DNA from: Bacteroidota bacterium | Lineage (GTDB): Bacteria; Bacteroidota; Bacteroidia; UBA7662 | Length of the DNA stretch: 38,703 bases | Assembly (NCBI GenBank): GCA_016868875.1 | Contig: VGFN01000003.1 | Span: 1-38,703, forward strand | Direction: 5' to 3' | Shown: piece after piece, positions 27,316 to 36,304 of the stretch | Layout of the letters: every line of letters begins with the position of its first letter | Position numbering within the stretch: position 1 is the first letter of the stretch | The notes under the pieces: model-generated | What the model saw: only the letters and a program-made list of their open reading frames with translations | Told to the model about the DNA's origin: nothing | Database searches by the model: none | Position numbers and translations under genes: made by a program

Positions 27316-28464
27316 ATGGCCAACCTTAGTCCCGTAATGCTATCAATGGAACCGGAGACCTCCAAGCTGGGTATTCTGCGTAAATCGGTGCAGTTAGCCA
27401 ACGGTGCCTCCAGGCCCTTCCTTATTGCCGGACCTTGCTCTGCCGAAACACCGGCCCAATTGGAATTAACCCTCAACGGTTTGTTGCCCCTTGCGCCTGA
27501 TCTCATTCGGGCAGGGATATGGAAACCACGCACCAGACCCAATCGTTTTGAAGGCGTTGGTGAGGAAGGTTTGAAATGGGTGCGAGAGATGACCCTCGAA
27601 AGAAATTTGCGCTTGGCTGTGGAAGTTGCCCAGCCGCCTCAGGCGGAGGCCGCTTTGAAATTCGGGGTGGATGTCGTTTGGATCGGCGCCAGGACTACGG
27701 TGAATCCTTTCTTGGTGGATGAGCTTGGCAAAGTATTGGCCGGTTCTCCGTTACCGGTGATGGTTAAAAATCCGATTAACCCTGACTTGGAACTGTGGTT
27801 GGGAGCGGTGGAACGCCTGGAGGCTTTGGGACTTCGCGAGTTGGCCTTGGTGCACCGTGGGTTCTCTCCTTTTGAACGCAGTCCATACCGCAACATGCCC
27901 CAATGGGAGATCCCCATCGAATTGCGGCGGCGCAGACCGGACCTGCCCATGTATTGCGATCCCAGCCACATTACTGGGGATGCTAGGCTGGTTCCGGAGT
28001 TTGCGCAAATCGCTTTGGATTTGTGTTATGACGGCTGGATGCTGGAGGTGCATCATGATCCATCCCGCGCATGGTCGGATCCGAATCAACAACTCACCCC
28101 CGACCAATTGGCGGTGACCTTGAACGGTTTGAAACTGCGCAAAACGGATTTTCAAGATCTTTCTAACCTCGAAGACTTGATGCAATTAAGGCGGGAAGTG
28201 GATCAATTGGATCATGACCTGTTGACTTTGCTTAGTCAAAGGTTACAGCTCAGTCATCGCCTTGGTGAAATCAAGAAAGAATTTGATCTGCCGATTCTTC
28301 AGCCTCGTCGTTGGGAGCAAATATTGAATACCCGTACATCAGCCGGTCAGGCGATGGGTTTGGATGCTTCATTTCTTATCAAATGGTTGCAAATCATGCA
28401 TCAGGAGAGTATACGTCGCCAATTGGAGGTGTACCGCCCCGATTCTGTGCAAGCGCCGAAATAG
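27316..28464 (+). CDS. Bifunctional DAHP synthase (type I-beta) / C-terminal chorismate mutase (AroQ)
   Basis: IAGPCSAE, RAGIWKPRTRP, WIGARTT, HRG, CDPSH, EVH..P..AWSD, then LRREVDQLD...R......G..K...I.Q..RW. Confidence 0.93.
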   Translation: MANLSPVMLSMEPETSKLGILRKSVQLANGASRPFLIAGPCSAETPAQLELTLNGLLPLAPDLIRAGIWKPRTRPNRFEGVGEEGLKWVREMTLERNLRLAVEVAQPPQAEAALKFGVDVVWIGARTTVNPFLVDELGKVLAGSPLPVMVKNPINPDLELWLGAVERLEALGLRELALVHRGFSPFERSPYRNMPQWEIPIELRRRRPDLPMYCDPSHITGDARLVPEFAQIALDLCYDGWMLEVHHDPSRAWSDPNQQLTPDQLAVTLNGLKLRKTDFQDLSNLEDLMQLRREVDQLDHDLLTLLSQRLQLSHRLGEIKKEFDLPILQPRRWEQILNTRTSAGQAMGLDASFLIKWLQIMHQESIRRQLEVYRPDSVQAPK

Positions 28465-29504
28465 CCTTGGCGCAGTGGATTGCGGACACCCGTCCATCCA
28501 CCTGCTTTTATTTGGCGGATTCCAATACTGAAGCGTTTGCCAGGTCTTTACTTGGTGTTATGCCAGGTCACCTTTGGGTGGTGAATGCAGGTGAAGAGGC
28601 CAAGTCATGGCATTCCTTGTCTTCCATCCTGGAATTTCTGCTGATGCACAAAGCTGATCAGCAATCCGTACTGGTGGTGGTGGGCGGGGGCGCTTTGAGT
28701 GATGTTGGGGGTCTGGCCGCGGCTCTCTTTAAAAGAGGAATTCGATGGGTCACCGTGCCCACGACCTTGTTGGCCATGGTGGATGCCTCATGGGGTGGGA
28801 AAACGGCCATCAATTTTGGAGGAGTCAAGAACAGTGTGGGGATTTACCATTGGCCATCCCATTGGATTTACGACCTCAAAATGCTGCAAACGTTGAATGA
28901 ACAACAACGATTTGATGGATGGGTGGAAATGTTCAAACATGCGATCATTGGAGATTTTTCCTTATTGGATGCAATCAAAGCCTATTGGGCGGAATACGAC
29001 GCAAGCGGCGCTGAGTCAACACGAACCTTGCCACTTCCTACCCAAGTACTTATCGAATCTGCATTGAGGGTCAAAATCCGTATCGTTCAGGAAGATCCCT
29101 TCGAGGGGGATATGCGTCGATTGCTTAATTATGGACATACCCTGGCCCATGCTTTGGAATCCTCATCAAACCTTTTCAGTCATGGGCAGGCCGTTTGGCT
29201 GGGCATGCTTTTTGAATTGCAATTAGCGGTTCAATGCGATTTGTTAGCAGAGAGTGAGGCGCGTATTATTTTCGAATTTCTGAGGCTGTTGACACCGTTC
29301 AGTGGATATACTAATGTAGGTCCCGCTAACATCCTTCCGGAATGGAACAGGCTATGGGGTTATTTGGAACAAGACAAAAAGGTTCGCTTTGGTCAAATAA
29401 CTTGGTCACTCCCTGTCAAGGTTGGCCAAGGCCAAGTCGGGGTTGAAATCAACACGCGGACTGTCAAAGAATTGTATGAAATTTGGTCATTGAATCCTTT
29501 TTAG
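28383..29504 (+). CDS. aroB: 3-dehydroquinate synthase (start uncertain: 28383 or 28467)
   Basis: GEEAKS, GGGALSDVGG, PTTLLAMVDASWGGKTAIN, KN.VG, EMFKH, RRLLNYGHTLAHALE, HGQAV, DKK. Confidence 0.93.
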   Translation: MVANHASGEYTSPIGGVPPRFCASAEIALAQWIADTRPSTCFYLADSNTEAFARSLLGVMPGHLWVVNAGEEAKSWHSLSSILEFLLMHKADQQSVLVVVGGGALSDVGGLAAALFKRGIRWVTVPTTLLAMVDASWGGKTAINFGGVKNSVGIYHWPSHWIYDLKMLQTLNEQQRFDGWVEMFKHAIIGDFSLLDAIKAYWAEYDASGAESTRTLPLPTQVLIESALRVKIRIVQEDPFEGDMRRLLNYGHTLAHALESSSNLFSHGQAVWLGMLFELQLAVQCDLLAESEARIIFEFLRLLTPFSGYTNVGPANILPEWNRLWGYLEQDKKVRFGQITWSLPVKVGQGQVGVEINTRTVKELYEIWSLNPF

Positions 29505-29533
29505 AATAATTTTTCTTTATTATAGCCTTTCCG

Positions 29534-31033
29534 TTGGTCTCTCCAAATTCATTGCATCGTCCAAGCGAATTAGTCTTTCATGGTAGTCCATCCCGGCTAC
29601 CCTCGGCGGTCTCGTTGAATCTACCGCCTTCCAAAAGTCAGCTTATTCGGAGAATTTTCATAGGCGCCGTTCAAGGCTTGGACTGTCCGATCCTTGAATG
29701 GGATTCCACTTGGCCTCAGGATGTTATGGATGCTTGGTCTTTGGTTCAGTGCGCCTTATCCCGTCGCCAACAAGGTCATCACCAATCTGTTGACCATTTG
29801 TGGGAAGCTGGAGAGGCAGGGGCGGTGATGCGTTTTGGACTTGCCTTTTTGGTAGCACAAGGCTGTGGGGGAATCCTCCGAGGTAACGGTAGGGCGCATG
29901 AACGGCCTATAGGAGACTTGGTTAATGCCCTGATTCTATGCGGAGCCAATATTGAATACCTGGGTGAAAAGGGTTACCCTCCCTTGAAGATTCATCCTTC
30001 ATCCTTGAGGCGAAGAGATTTGTTCATGGAAGCAAGTACGAGTTCACAATACATCTCGGCCATGGCGATGGTTGCGCCGCTCCTGCGTCCATTTGATGTG
30101 CTGCAAGAAAATGCGCCTTGGGAGATTGCATGGTCACCACGATTCGTTGCATCGAGACCTTATTTGGCTTTGACCATCCAAGAAATGTCAAGCTTTGGAT
30201 ATTCCTTTGACTATTCAGAACATTCCCTTCGTTATATCCCTGCTGTGACGGTTCAGGAATCGCATCCTGGCGACGGGGCATTGGGACAAGATCCAAAGCC
30301 GGTCGAAGGCGATTGGAGTGCGGCTTCTTTTTGGATTTGGCGGCATGCCGTGATTCCTCTTTGTCAGCGATTGGAACTTAAAATTTTGACAAGCGGAAGC
30401 CATCAAGCAGATTCCGTAATCTTGGATTTGTTGAGTAGGCTTGCTCCTCATGTGTCTGCGGTCTTCAACCAGGAATCTTGCACGTGGACCTTCGATTCTT
30501 TGGGCAGCAGTGCGATGTCTACCAATAATTCAGAGGAACGGCCTCCTGATCAAGGACAAATAGTGGTGAATTGTGATCAAGGCTTTTGGCACATTAAAGC
30601 CACGGATTTCCCGGATATGGTGCCAGCTTTGGTCATGTGGGCGATTTTGTCCGGCAATGCGTTGGAAATTGTCGGCATTGGGCAACTCCGCTACAAAGAA
30701 AGTAATCGAATACAGGCCTTGATGGTCAATTTGGAGCTATTGGGAGTACCCTATGAAAAGCACCGACCGGATGGCTTGCTAATCCGCCCCCTTGCTTCGT
30801 GGGCTGTGTATTCCCGTCGTTTTGTTGTGACCACTTTATTGAAGGGCCATACGGTTGCTCCTTGTCCTTTGCTTCGGTGTTTTGGGGATCATCGGTTGGC
30901 GATGGCATTGAGCATGTTAGCATTGCCGGATTTGCCTATATTCTTGGATGAACCCCATACGGTAGGCAAGTCCTATCCCGAGTTTTGGGAGGACTGGGCC
31001 AAATTTGGATATGCCCTGAAAGCCTTAAATTAG
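29534..31033 (+). CDS. aroA: EPSP synthase, divergent and long
   Basis: PPSKS, GEAGAVMRF, ERPI, SSQYIS, EGDWSAAS, DFPD, LRYKESNR, DHRLAM, VGKSYPEFW. Confidence 0.88.
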   Translation: MVSPNSLHRPSELVFHGSPSRLPSAVSLNLPPSKSQLIRRIFIGAVQGLDCPILEWDSTWPQDVMDAWSLVQCALSRRQQGHHQSVDHLWEAGEAGAVMRFGLAFLVAQGCGGILRGNGRAHERPIGDLVNALILCGANIEYLGEKGYPPLKIHPSSLRRRDLFMEASTSSQYISAMAMVAPLLRPFDVLQENAPWEIAWSPRFVASRPYLALTIQEMSSFGYSFDYSEHSLRYIPAVTVQESHPGDGALGQDPKPVEGDWSAASFWIWRHAVIPLCQRLELKILTSGSHQADSVILDLLSRLAPHVSAVFNQESCTWTFDSLGSSAMSTNNSEERPPDQGQIVVNCDQGFWHIKATDFPDMVPALVMWAILSGNALEIVGIGQLRYKESNRIQALMVNLELLGVPYEKHRPDGLLIRPLASWAVYSRRFVVTTLLKGHTVAPCPLLRCFGDHRLAMALSMLALPDLPIFLDEPHTVGKSYPEFWEDWAKFGYALKALN

Positions 31034-31036
31034 CGC

Positions 31037-32212
31037 ATGCCTGGAAACAGTTTTGGAAGAAATTTTAAGATAACCTCTTTTGGAGAATCGCATGGCCCGG
31101 TGATCGGTGTGGTGGTGGACGGTATCCCTGCAGGTTTAGCCCTTGATTTGAACAAGATTCAAGCCCAGCTTGATCGACGTCGCCCCGGCCAAAGCCGAAT
31201 GACCACTGCGCGTAACGAAGAGGACCGGGTGCAATGTCTTTCTGGTTTGTTCGAAGGACGTTGCACGGGCGCCCCCCTCACCTTGGTCATCCCGAACCGG
31301 GATGCCAAACCCAAAGATTATGAGCATCTTCGGGATCAAATCAGGCCATCGCATGCGGATTTCACCGTGATGGCAAGGTATGGTTTTCGGGATCATCGGG
31401 GCGGGGGACGGAGCAGCGCAAGGGAAACCGCTGCCCGTGTTATGGCAGGGGTAGTTGCAGCAAGTCTGCTGGAGTGCATTGGTGTTCATTGTTATGCTTG
31501 GGTTCATTCCGTGGGGCCTCATGCTTTAACCGTTCCTTTGCACTCAGGCCTTGCCTCCAGGGGCACGACTTCGGGTTATGAACATCATCGCCATTGCCCC
31601 TTCACCTTGGAGCAGATTGAGGCATCCCCTCTTCGCTGTCCTGATTCCTATGCGTCTTCCTTGATGGAGGCCTATATCGATGAGGTTCGCTCAGCGGGAG
31701 ACAGTACCGGGGGTACGGTGGTGGGTTGGTGTCAGGGATTACCCCCTGGATTGGGAGATCCTGTTTACGACCGCTTGGAAGCTGATTTGGCCAAAGCGAT
31801 TTTATCCATCAATGCGGTCAAAGCCTTTGAATTGGGGAGCGGATTTGCGATGAGCGCGGGAAGGGCTTCGGACTTCAACGACGCCATACTCGCGGCGGAT
31901 ACCAAGGAATGGTCTTCCGTGGAAACCTTGACCAATCATTCGGGGGGAATTCAAGGGGGAATCAGCAACGGGCAGCCTTTGTGGTTTAAGGCGGGTTTCA
32001 AGGCCACAGCCACGGTAGCCATTCCTCAGCAATCAGTTGATTTTCAAGGTAATGCAGTAAAATTGCAGGCTTATGGTCGCCATGACCCCTGTGTTGTACC
32101 GCGCGCTGTACCCGTTGTGGAGGCGATGATGGCGTTGGTGATTGTGGATCATGTGCTCGGTTGGCCCGCGGCTCAACTTTCTGTGCTTCTAAAATCCATT
32201 GCACGACCTTGA
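31037..32212 (+). CDS. aroC: Chorismate synthase
   Basis: FGESHG, RRRPGQS, RPSHAD, RGGGRSSARETAARV, NHSGGIQGGISNG, GRHDPCV. Confidence 0.97.
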   Translation: MPGNSFGRNFKITSFGESHGPVIGVVVDGIPAGLALDLNKIQAQLDRRRPGQSRMTTARNEEDRVQCLSGLFEGRCTGAPLTLVIPNRDAKPKDYEHLRDQIRPSHADFTVMARYGFRDHRGGGRSSARETAARVMAGVVAASLLECIGVHCYAWVHSVGPHALTVPLHSGLASRGTTSGYEHHRHCPFTLEQIEASPLRCPDSYASSLMEAYIDEVRSAGDSTGGTVVGWCQGLPPGLGDPVYDRLEADLAKAILSINAVKAFELGSGFAMSAGRASDFNDAILAADTKEWSSVETLTNHSGGIQGGISNGQPLWFKAGFKATATVAIPQQSVDFQGNAVKLQAYGRHDPCVVPRAVPVVEAMMALVIVDHVLGWPAAQLSVLLKSIARP

Positions 32213-32256
32213 AATTAGTTTTTCTGCCTTTATCTCCCCTGTAACAAATTCCAATA

Positions 32257-33672
32257 ATGACGAAAGACTCTGTGAATCAATACCCTGCTCAGGGTGGAGT
32301 TGGTCCATCGCGATCGGAACAAACCCAACCCATGGCCAAACGTTGGCCTATGCACCTTCGCATCTTGATCGGCATAGGGTTGGGATTGGCCTTTGGTCTC
32401 AGTGCTTCGGCAGGAGGATGGTCATCATGGGTCTTGGATTGGGTGAAGCCTGTGGGAACCGTCTTCGTGAATCTTTTGAAATTAGTCGCTATTCCTTTGG
32501 TTTTGGTTTCCTTGGTGGATGGTGTTACAGGCCTCAAGGACCTTCGAAAGCTATCAAGCATGGGAGGACGAACTTTGTTGATTTTTTTGATGACCACCGT
32601 CTGCGCAGTGAGCATAGGGCTCGTCACCGTGAACCTGCTACAGCCTGGGGATTATTTATCCGAAACCAAAAGAGATGAATTGCGGGCACGTTTCGCATCC
32701 GCTAGTTCTAGAGGATTGGACAAAGCTGAAGCCTTCAAGGAAGAAGGTCCTTTGGCAGCGGTTATCAATATGGTGCCCGAGAATATCTTCCATGCGCTGT
32801 CTCATAACGGCTCCATGTTGCAGGTGGTATTCTTTGCCTTGTTTATGGGGATTGCGATCATGGCCCTGCCTGCCTCCCAGACCAACTTGGTTCGGGATTT
32901 GTTTGGACAACTTAATCGTATCATCCTGCTGATGGTGGATATGATCATGGTGATTGCCCCTGCAGGAGTATTTGCCTTGATTTCTTCGTTGATCGCAGAT
33001 TTTGCCGGTGACAAGCCTGGCGAAGCGGTGGAATTGTTGGGCGCCTTATCGGTTTATGCTTTGGCGGTGGTTGTAGGTTTGATTGCGATGATGGTGATGG
33101 TTTATGCAACCTTTTTAAGACTTTTCGGGAATTACAATCCCCTTAAATTTTTTGGCATAATGAGCCCTGCACAGCTGCTTGCATTTTCAACCTCATCCTC
33201 CAATGCAACGCTGCCGGTTAATTTGGAATGTGCCGAAAAGTTGGGTGTTCGAGAAGAAGTGAGGACCTTCGTTTTGCCTTTAGGAGCCACTGTCAATATG
33301 GATGGAACCAGTTTGTACCAAGCCGTTGCGACGGTTTTTATTGCCCAGGCTTTTGGTCAACATTTAGGGTGGGCTGATCAATTAACCATTGTTTTAACAG
33401 CAACCCTTGCGTCCATTGGTTCTGCTGGTGTGCCAGGTGCGGGAATGGTGATGTTGGTCATTGTCCTTCAATCGGTGGGCTTGGAAACGGCGGGGATCGC
33501 CTTGATTGTGGCCGTGGACCGAATCTTGGACATGATGCGAACCGTCGTCAATGTGACGGGTGATACCATGACGGCCGTATTGGTCGATCGATGGATGGGA
33601 GCAAAGCCCATGGACAAGATATCTGATGTTCAATCAAGTTCTTGGAATCAATCTCGTTCTGACCAACCCTGA
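32257..33672 (+). CDS. Dicarboxylate/amino acid:cation symporter (DAACS, GltP-like)
   Basis: AFSTSSSNATLP, PLGATVNMDGT, SIGSAGVPG, VDRILDMMRTVVNVTGD. Confidence 0.94.
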   Translation: MTKDSVNQYPAQGGVGPSRSEQTQPMAKRWPMHLRILIGIGLGLAFGLSASAGGWSSWVLDWVKPVGTVFVNLLKLVAIPLVLVSLVDGVTGLKDLRKLSSMGGRTLLIFLMTTVCAVSIGLVTVNLLQPGDYLSETKRDELRARFASASSRGLDKAEAFKEEGPLAAVINMVPENIFHALSHNGSMLQVVFFALFMGIAIMALPASQTNLVRDLFGQLNRIILLMVDMIMVIAPAGVFALISSLIADFAGDKPGEAVELLGALSVYALAVVVGLIAMMVMVYATFLRLFGNYNPLKFFGIMSPAQLLAFSTSSSNATLPVNLECAEKLGVREEVRTFVLPLGATVNMDGTSLYQAVATVFIAQAFGQHLGWADQLTIVLTATLASIGSAGVPGAGMVMLVIVLQSVGLETAGIALIVAVDRILDMMRTVVNVTGDTMTAVLVDRWMGAKPMDKISDVQSSSWNQSRSDQP

Positions 33673-33680
33673 GGCCCCTC

Positions 33681-33713
33681 AAAAAAAATACCCCCCGGGA
33701 ATCGGAGGGTATT
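33681..33713 (-). terminator. Intrinsic terminator for the HNH-AP2 gene, possibly bidirectional
   Basis: Minus strand AATACCCTCCG-attcc-CGGGGGGTATT followed by a T run. Lies between the convergent DAACS and HNH-AP2 genes. Confidence 0.75.
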
Positions 33714-33751
33714 GTTTACACTGAAGGCATAAAACCTTCAAAAGCTTAAAA

Positions 33752-34270
33752 TTATTTTTTGCCTTTGCCAAATAATTCGGCTGTCTTCTTTTTGTAAGCT
33801 GCAGAGGCTTCTGCAGCGGTATTGAAGGAACCTAAATCAAGGCGGACACGATTATTGAAGAGAACGGCTTTGAATTTGTTGCCGCTTTTGATCACGCCTT
33901 TGTAGCCGAATTTATTTTCGGTTTTGTTCACATTGCGAACGACCACGGAACGCGTGGCAAATTCCAAATTCTCTAAACGGCAATCCAACGGGTTGTTGTT
34001 GATAACATTCACGAATAAACGCTCTTTGGTAGCCTTTTTCTTGCAGAAAATTTCGGCAACAAGCTTGTGCAGGTAAATGGTTTCGTTTTTGTAGGTTCCA
34101 TCCCCCAAAGGCCAATTCTTCTGAAAGAAGGCATACCCTCTGGAATGGCGGCGTAGGTTGGCTAAAAAGCCAACTTTGACCAAATACGGGTTTTGGTTAA
34201 GAAACTTGGCGACTTTATCGTCTACTTGGGCAGTTTCTTTGGAGTTTTTGAGCTTGAGTTTAACAGACAT
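33752..34270 (-). CDS. HNH-like plus AP2-domain DNA-binding protein with degenerate HNH site
   Basis: GYA...TIYLHKLV, VNVINNNPLDCRLENL (compare VDHINGNxLDNRxxNL), then AP2-like GYKGV....KFKAVL....R.DLGSFNTAAEASAAY...AELFG. Confidence 0.8.
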   Translation of the reverse strand: MSVKLKLKNSKETAQVDDKVAKFLNQNPYLVKVGFLANLRRHSRGYAFFQKNWPLGDGTYKNETIYLHKLVAEIFCKKKATKERLFVNVINNNPLDCRLENLEFATRSVVVRNVNKTENKFGYKGVIKSGNKFKAVLFNNRVRLDLGSFNTAAEASAAYKKKTAELFGKGKK

Positions 34271-34307
34271 CGTGTTATGGTTTAATTAAACAGATATTTA
34301 AGGATGC

Positions 34308-34315
34308 CAAAGGTA
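34308..34315 (-). promoter_or_regulatory. -7 element TACCTTTG for the HNH-AP2 gene
   Basis: TAnnTTTG match followed by an A/T-rich leader of about 37 nt ending ...aattaaaccataacacgATG. Confidence 0.65.
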
Positions 34316-34344
34316 ATATAAATTTTGTACTAAATTATCACTTT

Positions 34345-36291
34345 TTAGTTTAAAAACAATTTTAACCTCGTACTCAAATCCTTAAAGTCCTCATTTTCAG
34401 CATTTAAACGATTGAATCTTTCGGGTTCAGTGAGGAATTTTTCTCTTTGAGTATTGTTTTCTTGCTGTTGAATGGCCCATTGCGGACGTGTTCCGAAGCC
34501 CCCAAATTCCACCAAAAAGTCCAAAATACCCTGCTTTTCGCCATCAAACAATGATTTCTCAGTATCGGAATACAATATTACAGAAAGGAATAGAGGCTCA
34601 TTGGAGGCCTTAGAATTGGACTCGGATGGGCGATCCCGATTCTCTTCAAGGGGCATATTTCTGCTCAAAATGCCCTCCAAACCGCCCAGGTTGTGGTCTC
34701 TGCATTCTTGGACCAGGTGTTGCCATAGCTTTTGCAGATTTTGACAGGACGTCGTGGGTGGGGGGGACCACTGGTGACTGCTTTCTTTTGGGATTGTCTT
34801 GATATTTCCCTGGGTTTTACCCAAATGTCCCCGCAATGTTTTAAGGAAATCTACCGTGGTGGCCGTACCGGTATTTTGGGCGTTCGAAGAAATCGGCTTA
34901 GGAGAATGCTCTTTTTGATGGCTGCCACCGCCTTGGGTTTCAGGGATTGATTTTTGGTCAGAGAAGTCCTTTAATGCTCGTTCGCTTGATTCTTGTACCC
35001 TTAATTCTTGTACCCTTAATTCTTGAAAGTTGTTAGGGTTCGACTCAGACGGTACTTTGGCTTGAATTTTGACTTGAGCGGGTGTTCTAAAGTCGGCAAC
35101 CGGTAATCGGGTTGTGATGCCTTGCAGGGGATGGGTCTCGGATTCAGCGGGAGGTTTTGGCGCTTGAATCGGTTCAAGATTTATATTCTTTTGCCCTCTT
35201 TGGGCTAAATAACAAATTTTCATCACAGCGGTTTCTACGAGCAGCCGTGGCTGCCTGGATTGTCGGTATTGCAGTTCGACCTGATTGAGAAGGTGCAATC
35301 CCGCCAGGAGCATATCGGTGCTCGTTTCTTGAGATTGAATGATAAGCTGTTGCCTGTATTCCTGGCCGGAATCGATGAGTTCAGTAGTTCCTGGTGTCTT
35401 GGCCATCAATATGTTACGAAAATGGGAGGCCATACCAATCACCCAAAGAATGGAATCGTAACCACGAGCAACCATGCTATCCAGCGCTTGCAGGGTATGC
35501 GTCGGATCGCCAGCAAACATTGTTTTGGTGCATTCCACAAAAAGGGCTTTATCGAGTACACCCAATTGATCGCAAACGAGGCTGTTGGTGAGGTTCCCTC
35601 CACTGAATCCGGCCAATTGATCCAGCATGGTTAAAGCATCCCGCAAGGCCCCGTCTGAACGTGATGCAATGGTCAAAAGGGCATCGTTCTCATAGACAAT
35701 CTCTTCGGATCGGCAAACCAAGGCCAAACGTTCGGCGATATCCTGAAGCCGTATTCTTTTAAAATCAAAAACCTGACAACGGGACAAAATGGTGGGAAGG
35801 ATCTTGTGTTTTTCCGTGGTTGCCAAAATAAACTTAGCGTAGGTAGGGGGTTCTTCGAGGGTCTTGAGCAAGGCATTGAATGCCGCGGTGCTGAGCATGT
35901 GGACCTCATCGATGATATAGACTTTGTAGTCGCTACCCTGGGGTGGATAACGGACTTGCTCAACGAGGGAGCGAATATCGTCCACCGAATTGTTGGAGGC
36001 GGCATCCAATTCATGGATGGCAAGGGACCTGCCTTGGTCAAAGGACTGGCATGATGGGCATTCTCCGCAGGCCTCTTGATGGCTATCCCTGAAGGAGCAA
36101 TTGATGGTTTTGGCCAAAATGCGAGCACAGGATGTCTTGCCGACACCTCGGGGCCCGCAAAACAGGTAGGCCTGGGCCAATTGGCCCTTGGCAATGGCGT
36201 TACGCAGGGTGGTGGTGATATGGTCCTGACCGACCAGCTCCTCAAAGCGTGGGGGGCGGTATTTGCGGGCGGAGACCTGGTAATCTTGCAT
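34345..36291 (-). CDS. dnaX: DNA polymerase III subunit gamma/tau
   Basis: ARKYRP..F.ELVGQ, GPRGVGKT, Zn module C..CGECPSC, ELDAASN, IIDEVHML, KTLEEPP, SRC, GALRDA, then a long low-complexity linker. Confidence 0.96.
   Translation of the reverse strand: MQDYQVSARKYRPPRFEELVGQDHITTTLRNAIAKGQLAQAYLFCGPRGVGKTSCARILAKTINCSFRDSHQEACGECPSCQSFDQGRSLAIHELDAASNNSVDDIRSLVEQVRYPPQGSDYKVYIIDEVHMLSTAAFNALLKTLEEPPTYAKFILATTEKHKILPTILSRCQVFDFKRIRLQDIAERLALVCRSEEIVYENDALLTIASRSDGALRDALTMLDQLAGFSGGNLTNSLVCDQLGVLDKALFVECTKTMFAGDPTHTLQALDSMVARGYDSILWVIGMASHFRNILMAKTPGTTELIDSGQEYRQQLIIQSQETSTDMLLAGLHLLNQVELQYRQSRQPRLLVETAVMKICYLAQRGQKNINLEPIQAPKPPAESETHPLQGITTRLPVADFRTPAQVKIQAKVPSESNPNNFQELRVQELRVQESSERALKDFSDQKSIPETQGGGSHQKEHSPKPISSNAQNTGTATTVDFLKTLRGHLGKTQGNIKTIPKESSHQWSPPPTTSCQNLQKLWQHLVQECRDHNLGGLEGILSRNMPLEENRDRPSESNSKASNEPLFLSVILYSDTEKSLFDGEKQGILDFLVEFGGFGTRPQWAIQQQENNTQREKFLTEPERFNRLNAENEDFKDLSTRLKLFLN
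34989..35025. repeat. 15-bp in-frame tandem repeat (about 2.5 copies) in the dnaX linker
   Basis: ATTCTTGTACCCTTA x2 plus ATTCTTG; encodes QELRV-QELRV-QE. Confidence 0.9.
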
Positions 36292-36296
36292 TTGCT

Positions 36297-36304
36297 CAAA
36301 GTTA
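36297..36304 (-). promoter_or_regulatory. -7 element TAACTTTG, 5 nt before the dnaX ATG
   Basis: Minus strand TTAACTTTGagcaaATG. Confidence 0.65.

Noticed and set aside
32199-32678. 159-aa ORF overlapping aroC and the DAACS symporter
   Set aside because: Alternative frame of the well-supported symporter gene.
33752-34270. HNH-AP2 gene as an active mobile element (intron, intein or prophage remnant)
   Set aside because: Flanking genes are intact, I saw no target-site repeats or intron structure, and the catalytic His is missing.
35181-35210. Programmed frameshift or slippage site generating DnaX gamma
   Set aside because: After domain III the coding strand reads GGGCAAAAGAATATA, with no A-AAA-AAG heptamer or long A run. 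The gene is one continuous frame.
35673-36299. 208-aa alternative-frame ORF over the dnaX 5' end
   Set aside because: Its TTG start lies inside the promoter element, and the P/S/R-rich composition is typical of an off-frame read of GC-rich codons.
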